DNA from: Candidatus Cloacimonadales bacterium
GTDB taxonomy: Bacteria > Cloacimonadota > Cloacimonadia > Cloacimonadales > JAIOQZ01
Direction of reading: 5' to 3'
Assembly (NCBI GenBank): GCA_963662655.2
Contig: CAXXTU010000002.1
Span: 1,216,001 to 1,280,000, forward strand
DNA: 64,000 nucleotides
In this document: positions 38,402-50,598 of the stretch, piece after piece
Layout of the letters: every line of letters begins with the position of its first letter
Numbering within the stretch: position 1 is the first letter of the stretch
Notes under the pieces: model-generated
The model's input: only the letters and a program-made list of their open reading frames with translations
Database searches by the model: none
What the model was told of the DNA's origin: nothing
Translations under genes and position numbers: made by a program

Positions 38402-41400
38402 ATGAAAAAGTTCATGTTGTCAGTTTTCCTGTTTTTTACTTTTCTTACACTTCTTGAAGCAGCTCCTGTCCTGCAGAGCGACGCAGATATCGTCGCGGAT
38501 AACTGGAGCAAACACTGGAGTGTACTGCATAACCGTGAAATAAACGTGAGTTATTCGGAATCGATCGGGACACAGATGTATCTGTATCACCTGGATCCTG
38601 CCGGATTCATCCTGATCTCGGCTGACGATAACCTCGAGCCGATTCTGGCCTACGACTTCACGAGTACTGCACCTGCCGAGAAACCAGCCGGCTTCTTGAA
38701 CTGGCTGGATGTTTATCAGGAAGAATGCGATTACGTTCGCGTTCACGAAATCGAAGACGCACGTTGTAATCAACTGTGGTCCGACCTGTTGTCGGACGAC
38801 CTTTCCCGCTATCGTAACACTCGCAATGTGTCTCCGATGATTTGGTCGCAATGGGGAGAACAAGACGATTGGAATCAAGCCTGTCCCCCTGACCCGATTG
38901 GCCCCGGCGGGAATGCCTACGCCGGCAGCCATGCTGTCGCGATGGCCATGCTGATGAAATACTGGAATCATCCTGCACAGGGTGAAGGACAGAACAGCTA
39001 TTACCTCCCGGATTACGGAAATATCGAAGCGGTGTTCGATACAACTCATTACGGTTGGACGCACATGCCGAACACTTTCAGCACCAACTGGACAGAGGAC
39101 TTGATCTTCCATTGCGGTGTCGCGACATCCATGAACTACGGCCCAACAAACTCAACCACTTCGATCGACGCAGTGGCTCAGGCGATGATCGATCATTTCC
39201 GCTACAGCTCCGAAATCGATCTCCTGGAAAGGTCGGATTACGACGAAACCGCCTGGGAAGGAATGCTTCGAACTGAGTTGGAAAATGGAAGGCCGCTTTT
39301 TTATCAGGGCGAAGGCTCGGCCTTGCACGCTCACTTGCTGGATGGCTATCAAAACAACGATTACTTCCATTTCAACTGGGGAAACGAAGGTCAATTCAAC
39401 GGATACTTCCAGCTCAGCGCTATCACACCCTCTACGGCCAACTACACGTTGAACCAGAAAGCCCTGTTCAACATACAGCCAAGTCTCGGGCCTGTAACAA
39501 TCGACGAGAGCTTCGAGAACGACTGGAATACGTTCAACTGGGAATTCGCCGGACAATCAGAGTGGCAGATTGCCACAGACGAACATTTTTACGGCATCAA
39601 ATCAGCGAAGTCCGGTGACATCAACCACAACCAGACGTCAGAGATTTTCCAGTCCTGGAACGTATTCGCCGACGGTCCCATCACTTTCTGGCGCAGGGTT
39701 TCCTGCGAAGACGACGGCGATAACGGCTATGACCGCCTGGAATTCTGGATCGACGGAGCCGAAGTGGGTCGCTGGGGCGGCGAACGAGGCTGGGAGCAGA
39801 TATCGTACGATATCCCGGCCGGCGTGCATGAGTTCCGCTGGGTCTATCGAAAAGACGGTAGCCTTGTCTCCGGACAGGACTGCGCGTGGATCGATGCGAT
39901 CGACTTCCCGAACGGCGCAACGCCGTTGAACGCCCCCCGGAACTTCACCGCGGAGATCGTGAACGATGATTCCGTTCTCATGACGTGGGAAGCGCCGCTG
40001 ATCCGTAACCTTCTCGGCTATCGTATCTACAGGAATAACGTCGAGATAACGACGATACTGAATCCGAACACCCTTCAGTTCATCGATCCCGACCTGCCAA
40101 ACGGATCCTACTCGTACTTCGCCAGAGCAGTTTACGATTCGGGCGTATCCGATCCTACCGTCACCTATAATATCAATATCGAGGTGCTCTATCCTCCCAC
40201 GGCTCTCGTGGCGGCGGTGTCGAATTTCGATGACGTACTGCTTGCCTGGAACATGCCAGCGACGCAGCAGAGTCGGCGAACACCCCGTGAACTCACCCGC
40301 AGCCTGCTGGGCTATCGCATTTACCGCAACAACACCCTGATCGATTCGGTTAGCGGTCAAACTACCTTGCAATACGCCGAGAACGATCTACCGGAAGGAA
40401 CATACGAATATCGTGTATCGGCAATCTATTCAAGCGGTTATTCAGAGCTTTCCAACGTCGCCGTTGCGGCTATTGGCGTTCCCTGGCCGCCCTCCGGGCT
40501 GACGGCACAGGTTCAGAATTTCGACGAAGTCTTCCTGGATTGGACTGCGCCACCGCAGACAATGGAAACACTAACAGGCTACAAAATATACCGAAACCAG
40601 AGCCTTGTGCATGAACTGACGGACGCCACCAACACCAGCTACACCGAAGTTGACCTGCCCAACGGCACGCACGAGTATCAAGTCACAGCAATCTATGGGG
40701 AAATCGAGTCCGGACCATCGAATACGGCAATGGCTGCGATTGAAGTACCCTATCCGCCTCGAAACCTCACCGCGGATGTCGTTGAGGACGACGTTACGCT
40801 GGATTGGGACGCCCCATCCACTGGATCGCGCAGTCTCAGCGCTTACTACGTGTACCGTAACAACAGCCCGATCGCGACGATTTGGAATACCAACGTGACT
40901 TCGTACTTCGATCCCATGCTGGCGAACGGATTCTACGCCTACAAGGTCGTCGCAGTTTACGGCGATGTATATTCAGAACCCTCTAACATCGTGAATATTG
41001 AAATGGATATCCCCTATCCGCCATCCAACCTGACGGCACAGATCGAGAATCTGAACGACATCGTTCTGAATTGGGAACAGCCGCCGGTTCAGAGTGGATT
41101 GCGTTCGTTTATCGGATATCATGTCGTACGAAACGGCGTCGATCATGCGCTGGTGACGGATTTCAACCAGTTGACCTGGACCGACGGGAACGTAGACAAC
41201 GGCGTCTACGAATACTCCGTTTACGCTGAATACAACGCAGGAAATTCAGAACCCACGAACGATGTCGAAGTAACGGTGGAAGTGCTGTATCCTCCGCGGA
41301 ACCTTTCATATTCCATCGTGGATGACGATGTCGTTCTGACCTGGGACTTACGGTAACCGGCGGCGGCCTCAGCCGTGACCTGCTGGGCTTCTCCATCTTC

Positions 41401-44400
41401 CGCGACAGCGACCTGATCCAGACAATCAGCGATCCCGCCGTCCTTACCTGGACGGACATGAACCTTGCGAACGCCACATACACATATTATATGCAAGCGA
41501 ACTACACCTCCGGCGTCTCGGCTCCGACCGACGATCTCGAGGTCATGGTTGAAGTATTCTATCCGGCTACGAACCTGGTTGGCGAGATTGTCGATGAGGA
41601 CGACGTAGCGCTGTCCTGGTCTCCCGCATTGAACTCGGGCGGTCTTCGCATGTTACAGGGCTACCGTGTGTACAGGAATGACGCGGCGATAACCGATGTC
41701 ACTCCCGCCGACACGACCTGGCTCGATACGACACTTCCCAATGGTGATCACATCTACTACGTGAGAGCCATGTACGAAAATGGTCTTTCGACCGAGACAA
41801 ACCACGTGCCGATACACATCGAATTGATGTATCCTGCGCGGCAACTCACTACCTCCGTAGAAGGAGACGATGTCGGCTTGACCTGGCTGGCGCCGCTCAC
41901 CTCCGGCGGTCTATCGAGAGACCTCCTTGGATACAGAATCTACCGTGATTCTGAAGAAATAGCGATTATCGACGATCCGGCTCAAGTGACGTTCATGGAT
42001 ATGAACCTGGACAACGGATCCTACGGCTACACGGTCAGGGCGGAATACGCTGTCGGCCTGTCGGAGCCCACCAACACAGCGCTCGCGTTCATCGAGGTGT
42101 TGTATCCGCCAACAAACCTCGCGGCTGTTGTCGAAGAAGATGCTGTCAGTCTGAGCTGGAACATGCCGGAAAGCGGTTCCACGCGCAACTTACTGGGCTA
42201 CACGATCATCCGAAACGGAAACGTATTGCTGCAAATCGCAGATCCCGAGACCATCGGCTACGAGGATACGGGACTGGCGAACGGTGAATACGCCTACGAG
42301 ATTATTGCCGATTATTCCACGGGGCAATCAGCCCCTGACGGTACGGTAACGGCTTATGTAGAAGTGCTTTATGCTCCCAGGAACCTTAGCTGCTCCATCG
42401 AGAATTACTATAATGCCGTACTCACGTGGAATCCTCCGCTCAATCAGGGTGGACTGACAAGAGTAATGACAGGTTACGAGGTGTTCAGGGACAGTGTCCA
42501 CATCGCGGATGTGACGGAAGCGACCTACACCGATCCTGCTATACCGGACGGCTCGTATGATTATACGGTGAAAGCCGTATACTCATCCGGAGTATCGCAT
42601 GCTTCCAACTCCGTCAATGCCATCATCGAGTACCCTTACGCTCCAAGCGGATTGAGCGCCACGGTCAGCCAGGATACGGTTTCACTGACCTGGACACCGC
42701 CTACAAGCAACACGGTCCTTGGGTACACCGTCTACCGTGATGAAATTTCCATCGTCGAAATCAACGATCCGGCTGTCCTGAATTTTTCCGATACCGGTCT
42801 CCCTAACGGCGGTTATTCCTACTTCGTGACCGCCCGGTATAACGTAGATGATTCAGCGCCTTCCAATACAGTCACCGCAACGGTTGAAGTACTTTACCCT
42901 CCGCAAAGTCTTGCGGCTTCTGTCGATCAGGACGAAGTAGCGCTCACCTGGCAGCTTCCTGCCGTACAGGGCGGCTTGACCCGCGATCTTCTCGGCTACA
43001 AGGTCTACCGCGACGGCGCAGATATCGCCGAAATCAACGATCCTGCAACGCTCTCATACCTCGATGTTGACCTCGCCAACGGCGCGTACGACTACGAAGT
43101 AAGTGGAATTTATACATCTGGCGAATCTCAGATGTCAAACCTCGTCACCGCGACGGTTGAAGTGCTCTACCCGCCGCGCAGCCTTGCCGCTGCCGTCGAT
43201 CAGGACGAAGTTACGCTTACCTGGCAGCTTCCTGCCGTACAGGGCGGCTTGACCCGCGATCTTCTCGGCTACAAGGTCTACCGCGACGGCGCAGATATCG
43301 CCGAAATCAACGATCCTGCAACGCTCTCATACCTCGATGTCGACCTCGCCAACGGCGACTATGATTACGAAGTGAGCGCGCTGTATTCTTCGGGCGAATC
43401 GCAGATGTCAAACCTCGTCACCGCGACGGTTGAAGTGCTTTACCCGCCGCAGAACCTTGCCGCTGCCGTCGATCAGGACGAAGTATCGCTCACCTGGCAG
43501 CTTCCTGCCGTTCAAGGCGGACTGACCCGCGATCTGCTGGGCTACAAGGTCTACCGCGACGGCGCAGAAATCGCCGAAATCAACGACCCTGCAACGCTCT
43601 CATACCTCGATGTCGACCTCGCAAATGGCGCGTACGACTACGAAGTGAGCGCGCTGTATTCTTCTGGCGAATCGCAGATGTCAAACCTCGTTACCGCAAC
43701 GGTTGAAGTGCTCTACACGCCGCGCAGCCTTGCGGCTTCTGTCGATCAGGACGAAGTAACCCTCACCTGGCAGCTTCCTGCTGTGCAGGGCGGACTGACC
43801 CGCGATCTACTCGGCTACAAGGTCTACCGTGACGGCGCAGAAATCGCCGAAATCAACGACCCTGCAACGCTCACCTATCTCGATGTCGACCTCGCCAACG
43901 GCGCGTACGACTACGAAGTGAGTGCGCTGTATTCTTCGGGCGAATCGCAGATGTCAAACCTCGTCACCGCGACGGTTGAAGTGCTTTACCCGCCGCAGAA
44001 CCTTGCCGCTGCCGTCGATCAGGACGAAGTAACGCTCACCTGGCAGCTTCCTGCTGTGCAGGGCGGACTGACCCGCGATCTACTCGGCTACAAGGTCTAC
44101 CGCGACGGCGCGGAAATCGCCGAAATCAACGACCCTGCAACGCTCACCTATCTCGATGTCGACCTCGCCAACGGCGACTATGATTACGAAGTGAGCGCGC
44201 TGTATTCTTCTGGCGAATCTCAGATGTCAAACCTCGTTACCGCGACGGTTGAAGTGCTCTATCCGCCGCGCAACCTTTCGGCTGTCGTCGATCAGGACGA
44301 AGTTACGCTTTCCTGGCAGCTTCCTTCCGTTCAAGGCGGCTTGACCCGCGATCTACTCGGCTACAAGGTCTATCGCGACGGCACGGAAATAGCGGTTATC

Positions 44401-47400
44401 AACGATCCTGCAACGTTCTCATACCTCGATGCCGACCTCGCCAACGGCGCGTACGACTACGAAGTGAGCGCGCTGTATTCTTCGGGCGAATCGCAGATGT
44501 CAAACCTCGTCACCGCGACGGTTGAAGTGCTCTACCCGCCGCGCAGCCTTGCCGCTGCCGTCGATCAGGACGAAGTTACGCTCACCTGGCAGCTTCCCGC
44601 CGTACAGGGCGGCTTGACCCGTGATCTTCTCGGCTACAAGGTGTACCGCGACGGCGCGGAAATCGCCGAAATCAACGATCCTGCAACACTTAACTATCTC
44701 GATGTCGACCTCGCCAACGGCGCGTACGACTACGAAGTGAGTGCGCTGTATTCTTCGGGCGAATCGCAGATGTCAAACCTCGTTACCGCGACGGTTGAGG
44801 TACTTTACCCTCCGCAGAATCTTGCGGCTGACGTCGATCAGGATGAAGTGATCCTTACCTGGCAGCTCCCCGCCGTTCAAGGCGGACTGACCCGCGATCT
44901 GCTGGGCTACAAGGTCTACCGTGACGGCGCAGAAATCGCCGAAATCAACGACCCTGCCACGCTCTCATACCTCGATGTCGACCTCGCCAACGGCGCATAC
45001 GACTACGAAGTGAGCGCAATTTATACATCGGGCGAATCGCAGATGTCAAACCTCGTCACCGCGACGGTTGAAGTGCTCTACCCGCCGCGCAGCCTTGCGG
45101 CTTCTGTCGATCAGGACGAAGTTACGCTCACCTGGCAGCTTCCTGAAGTGCAGGGCGGCTTGACTCGCGATCTTCTCGGCTACAAGGTGTACCGCGACGG
45201 CGCAGATATCGTCGAAATCAACGATCCGGCCACGCTCACCTATCTCGATGTCGACCTCGCCAACGGCGACTATGATTACGAAGTGAGCGCGCTGTATTCT
45301 TCGGGCGAATCGCAGATGTCCAATCTCGTCACCGCGACGGTTGAAGTGCTCTACCCGCCGCAGAATCTTTCTGCTGCCGTCGATCAGGACGAAGTGACGC
45401 TTTCCTGGCAGCAGCCTGCCACACAGGGCGGACTGACCCGCGATCTACTCGGCTACAAGGTCTACCGCGACGGCGCAGAAATCGCCGAAATCAACGCCCC
45501 TGCAACGCTCTCATACCTCGATGTCGACCTCGCCAACGGCGCGTACGACTACGAAGTGAGCGCAATTTATACATCTGGCGAATCGCAGATGTCCAACCTC
45601 GTCACCGCGACGGTTGAAGTGCTTTACCCTCCGCGCAACCTTTCGGCGGAGGTTTCCAATGAGGTTGACGCCATTCTGAATTGGGATGCCCCGCTTACCG
45701 GTGGCCGTTCACTCAACGGCTATCTCGTGTTCCGCAATGGATCGCTGGTTGCGACAATCGGTACACCGGCGCAGCTCACATGGACAGATTACAGCTTGCA
45801 GAACGGTGGATACGATTATTCGATTAAGGCGTTCTACACGACCGGGCTGTCACCCGCAAGCAACACCGCGCATGTGGACATCGACTACAACCCGGTGCTG
45901 GATGCGCCAACCAACTTGAACGCAACAGTAGTCAATGGCAATGATGTCGACTTGGGCTGGACAGCTCCTGCATCGACACAAATCGGCTATAAAATCTACC
46001 GTGATGGTGAAGAGATCGCTGAATTGACCGACCCTGCTACCGTCAGTTTCACCGACACCGAACTTCCTAATGGCGTGTATACCTACGCTGTCACAGCGGT
46101 TTATTCCGAAGGTGAGTCATCCCCATCCAACACGGCATACGCGGATATCCTGATAACCTCACCGCCGCAAGAGCTTGCCGCTCAAATCCAGAACGACAAC
46201 GACGTCGCACTAAGCTGGGATCCGCCAGTGAATGCGGGATACACAGGCTATGTGGTGTATCGCAACGACAGCGTTATCGCTGTTGTGGAGGCAAGTATTG
46301 TCAATTACACCGACATCGGACTCCCAAACGGTGAATACGACTACTATGTGAAAGCGCAGTTCAACGATAACCTCTCCGTCGCCTCCAACACGGCTTCCGT
46401 TTTGGTGGAGATTCTGTTCCCTCCAACGGATCTGACAGCGGATGTCGTGGATGGCAACGATGTCATCCTTGCCTGGACAGCACCGGCGACCAGCCGCAGC
46501 CTCCTGGGTTACAACATCTATCGTAACAATGACCTGATTGAAGAGGTGACCGGGGTTCTGACGTACACAGATAGCAATCTCGCCAACGGCGCGTACGACT
46601 ACGAGGTGAGCGCAATTTATACATCGGGCGAATCGCAGATGTCCAACCTCGTTACGGCGATGATCGAAGTGCTATATCCGCCGCAGAACCTTACCGCTGA
46701 CGTCGATCAGAACGACGTGACGCTGTCGTGGCAGCAGCCTTCCATGCAACGCAGATTGACCCGCGATTTCCTGGGCTACAAGGTTTACCGCAACGGCACG
46801 GAAATAGCCAATATCAGCGATCCGACCACGCTCACGTACCTCGATGTCGATCTCGCCAACGGCGCGTACGACTACGAAGTGAGTGCAATTTATACATCGG
46901 GCGAATCACAGAGGTCAAACCTGGTTACGGCGATGATCGAAGTGCTGTATCCGCCGCAGAATCTTGCGGCTGACATCGATCAGGACGAGGTGACGCTGTC
47001 GTGGCAGCAGCCTTCCATGCAACGCAGATTGACCCGCGATTTCCTAGGCTACAAGGTTTACCGCGACGAAGTAGAAATCGCCAATATCAGCGATCCGAGC
47101 GCACTCAGTTATCTCGATGCCGATCTCGCCAACGGCGCGTACGACTACGAGGTGAGCGCAATTTATACATCGGGCGAATCGCAGAGGTCCAACCTCGTTA
47201 CGGCGATGATCGAAGTGCTGTATCCGCCGCAGAACCTTGCGGCTGACATCGATCAGGACGAAGTGACGCTGTCGTGGCAGCAGCCTTCCGTACAGGGCGG
47301 ACTGACCCGCAGCCTACTCGGCTACAAGGTCTACCGTGACGGGGCTGAAATCGCCAATATCAGTAATCCAACCACACTCAGCTATCTCGATGCCGATCTC

Positions 47401-49095
47401 GCCAACGGCGCGTACGACTACGAGGTGAGTGCGGTTTACACAACGGGGGAATCGCAGAGGTCCAACCTTGTTACGGCTACGGTTGAAGTGCTGTATCCGC
47501 CGACCGGGCTAACGGCCACGGTGACTGTCGACGATGTGCTACTCAACTGGAGCGTCCCGCAGACGCATCGAAGAAACCGCAGCCTGACAGGCTACCAGTT
47601 GTACTGCAATGAATCTGTCATCGCAACCATAGACAACCCGGCGATCACGACATATACCGAGACCGATCTGGTGAACGGAAGTTACACATACGAAGTTCTG
47701 GCGGTCTATTCTTCAGGCAATTCTCCTCTGTCTGATCCTGCTGTCGCCGTCATCGCCGTAGTGACGCCTCCCGAGAATCCGGTGTTCACGATCGTGAACG
47801 GAAATGATGTCCTCATCACATGGGATTTACCCATCAACCAGACCACGCCAAGCTTCTACACGGTTTATCGTGACGGCGCTGGCGTCCATACCACGGATAA
47901 CGGATCCGTACTCACCTGGACAGACACAGGTCTCGAGAACGGCGATTTCAACTTCTGGCTAACGGCAACCTATGACGCCGGCGAGTCGATCGCGACCGAC
48001 ACGACACTGGTGCAGATCGCGGTGATGAATCCTCCCACAGGGCTTGCAGCCGATGTGAGCCTGGATATGGTGCATCTCACATGGGTTGAACCCATAAACG
48101 CAAGCGGATTGCAGGGATACACCATCCATCGCGATAACGTGGAGATCGCCCACATCACTGATGCCGAGATACTCGTCTACGACGATAACGATCTGGCGGG
48201 GGGTAACTACCAATACTTCGTCACGGCTACTTTCACCGTCGGAGAATCGGAACCTTCGAACACGGTTGACGCCACGGTTCTGCTACCACCTCCGGGCAAC
48301 GTTTCAGCCACACCGGACAGCAGTGATGTTGTGGTGAGTTGGGACATGCCGGCATTGCGCAGTCTTATTGGATTCCGCATCTATCGCGAAGGAGTAGAGA
48401 TCGCTGTTCTCAACGATCCAGGTCAGCTTGAATACACCGATGCGAACTTGCCTAACGGCGACTATTCCTATACGGTTCAGTCCTTGTTCACGTCCGATGC
48501 TTCAGCGCAAAGCACGCCGGCAACATGCACGGTGGAAGCGCTCTGGGCGCCCGAGAATCTTGCGGCGACCCTTGATAACGGTAACACGGTCAACCTGACA
48601 TGGGATGCACATCCCATGGGGATTACCATGACAGCATACAAGGTGTACCGTGATGATGTTGAGATCGCACGGATTGACGACCCGGCAGTAACGCAATATG
48701 ATGATCCCGAGCTGGCACCAGGGAATTATACGTACACCGTAACGGCTCTCTACAGCAGCGGAGAATCCGATCCATCCAATGAAGCCCTTGTGGAAATTCA
48801 CGCCAACGGTGACGAGCCTATTCCGCCGATTACGACGCAGCTCAAAGGGAATGCACCGAACCCGTTCAATCCGAGCACGACCCTCATGTTCAGCATCGCC
48901 AGTGATGGCCCTGTGAACCTGACTGTGTACAACGTGCGTGGGCAAAAAATCGCCACGCTGGTGAACAACGAAATTCTACGCGCCGGCGAGCACAGCGTTG
49001 TATGGAACGCCGACACGGTTGGAAGCGGCGTCTACTTCGTCCGCATGAGCGCTCAGAAGAGCCAGTTCATCCACAAGATGCTGCTGCTGAAGTAG
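38402..49095 (+). CDS. Giant secreted protein (~3,564 aa if joined): C10 peptidase-like domain, adhesin-like domain, many FN3 repeats and T9SS/FlgD-type CTD; interrupted by a 1-bp frameshift near 41351
   Basis: Propeptide GFILISADD..PILAY and C10 motifs (LMKYWNHP, GRP, DGY, FHFNWG..G..NGYF). ORFs 38402-41356 and 41458-49095 join through 'WDL(P)VTGGGLSRDLLG' if one base is added. Confidence 0.88.
42883..45612 (+). repeat. Ten near-identical 273-bp tandem repeats (91-aa FN3 units)
   Basis: VEVLY(P/T)P starts recur every 273 bp (42883, 43156 ... 44521 ... 45340). Confidence 0.95.
46663..47481 (+). repeat. Second block of three 273-bp FN3 repeats
   Basis: IEVLYPPQNL units at 46663, 46936 and 47209, closely related to the first block. 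Confidence 0.9.
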
Positions 49096-49112
49096 CCTGT
49101 AAACCCTATTAG

Positions 49113-49142
49113 AAAAGAGGGGGAGCTTCTGCCCCCCCCTTC
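49113..49142 (+). terminator. Terminator hairpin after the giant gene
   Basis: Stem GAGGGGGAGC...GCCCCCCCCTT. Confidence 0.6.
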
Positions 49143-49251
49143 AGACCATTGACAAAGCCCGGGAGATTACCCGGGCTTTGTTTTTCCCCTTGGATTTTAA
49201 GGATCAGACACCATTCGTAGTACCCGTAAACAACTTACCACAAATAATATA
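49142..49251 (+). mobile_element. Possible orphan IS left end (IS1182-like), truncated by ISL3
   Basis: CAGACCATTGACAAA followed by the hairpin CAAAGCCCGGG/CCCGGGCTTTG, directly abutting a terminator stem. It resembles IS1182-type ends but has no ORF. Confidence 0.35.
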
Positions 49252-50598
49252 GGCACTGTTGCATATTAAGTGGGTGAATGGGTATTCAGATATCCGCAAC
49301 ATTGCAGAACCTTCAATCTGAAGTATGAGAAGTCCTTGTATCCATACGCTCTCTTTATAATGGTTCGAATGACGTTGTTAACCGCTTCTGCCTTGGCATT
49401 CGTGATTCTATGCTTGAACCAGTTCAACACAATATGCAATCTCTTCATAATCGTTCTTGCAAGTGCCTTCAGTGGCTCGAAGACGGTTTTCTGAATAACT
49501 CTGCACCACTCTTCAATCATCGGCTTCGCTTCTTCTTGCGTAATATCGTCTTCGAAAATCGATAGTAAATCTTCTTTGAGCAAATAGGCTTCGTAAAGGG
49601 GATGATTTAGCGTCTCCAGTTTCTTGAGTCGGGCTTGATGGTTTTCTTTGTGATTGTGTTTTCTGGTCAAAACCAACCACCGGTCGTGTTTCTTGCTCTG
49701 ACGCAACTTGTCAGATTCAAAATCTCTCTGAAGTTCTCGTCGTACTTCTTCCACTTTTCTGTTGACCAGGCGGCTGAAATGGAAACGATCAAATACGATC
49801 ATATCGGCACTCCAACACTCGGAAACAGCGCCGATATATGAACCACTGAAATCCATTGTTACGGTATCAATCCAGCGGAGTCGTCGTTCGTATTTTCGAA
49901 ACAACTCCTTCGCACTTTCTTTCGATTTGCCCATTGTCAGGTCGATCACACGCCCGTCCTCATGGTTTGTGATAACCGTTGCATACTTATGCCTTCGCTT
50001 ATAACCAATCTCGTCAATTGCAATCTGATCGACATTCGGAACTCGTCCTCTATAACCCTTTTCCAACTTGGATAACTCAATTTTGTCGATTCGATAAATC
50101 GTACTCCGATCCACACCGAATATCCGTGCTACAGAAGCATTGTCTGAACGAAGCGTGAACTGGAGAACCTTATTGCCGAAGTCTTTAGAGTGTCGATTGA
50201 GACCCTCGGCAATATCCTGTTGTTCAGTTTTCACTCCACACTGAGCGCAGTTGATCCGGCGAAGCGTCAGCACAAGTACTACGGGACGACAGGATATGGA
50301 TGCATGAAGAATTTTGCGGACTCGATGATCATAAACTGTTCCCACAATACCGCATGTAGGACAACGTGGCTCATCTTCCTTTCGAACATGGACTTCAATG
50401 CATGGATAAGTTTGATACGTACCTTCGATTATCTGGTCGGCAGAATAACCTTGCAAAGCCAACAACGTTTTACAGACTTGTTTTCTGAGAGGATCATTCA
50501 TCTCTATCTCCTTGTTGTGGTGATTAGGAGATTGTACGAGATCGGGTGATTCCTCTCAATCTTTTTTTCGACTTACCCACTAAGTTTGCAACAGTCCC
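49252..50598 (-). mobile_element. ISL3-family insertion sequence (1,347 bp)
   Basis: Imperfect 24-bp terminal IRs GGCACTGTTGCATATTAAGTGGGT and GGGACTGTTGCAAACTTAGTGGGT (rc of right end) enclose a single transposase. No target duplication is visible. Confidence 0.9.
49266..50501 (-). CDS. ISL3-family DDE transposase
   Basis: Zinc finger CPTCG...CAQC and motifs IAIDE, VTMDF, VFDRFH and TNAKAEAVNN...KRAYGY. Confidence 0.95.
   Translation of the reverse strand: MNDPLRKQVCKTLLALQGYSADQIIEGTYQTYPCIEVHVRKEDEPRCPTCGIVGTVYDHRVRKILHASISCRPVVLVLTLRRINCAQCGVKTEQQDIAEGLNRHSKDFGNKVLQFTLRSDNASVARIFGVDRSTIYRIDKIELSKLEKGYRGRVPNVDQIAIDEIGYKRRHKYATVITNHEDGRVIDLTMGKSKESAKELFRKYERRLRWIDTVTMDFSGSYIGAVSECWSADMIVFDRFHFSRLVNRKVEEVRRELQRDFESDKLRQSKKHDRWLVLTRKHNHKENHQARLKKLETLNHPLYEAYLLKEDLLSIFEDDITQEEAKPMIEEWCRVIQKTVFEPLKALARTIMKRLHIVLNWFKHRITNAKAEAVNNVIRTIIKRAYGYKDFSYFRLKVLQCCGYLNTHSPT

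Noticed and set aside
42883..45612. CRISPR array
   Set aside because: The repeats are contiguous 273-bp in-frame coding units without unique spacers, and no cas genes are present.
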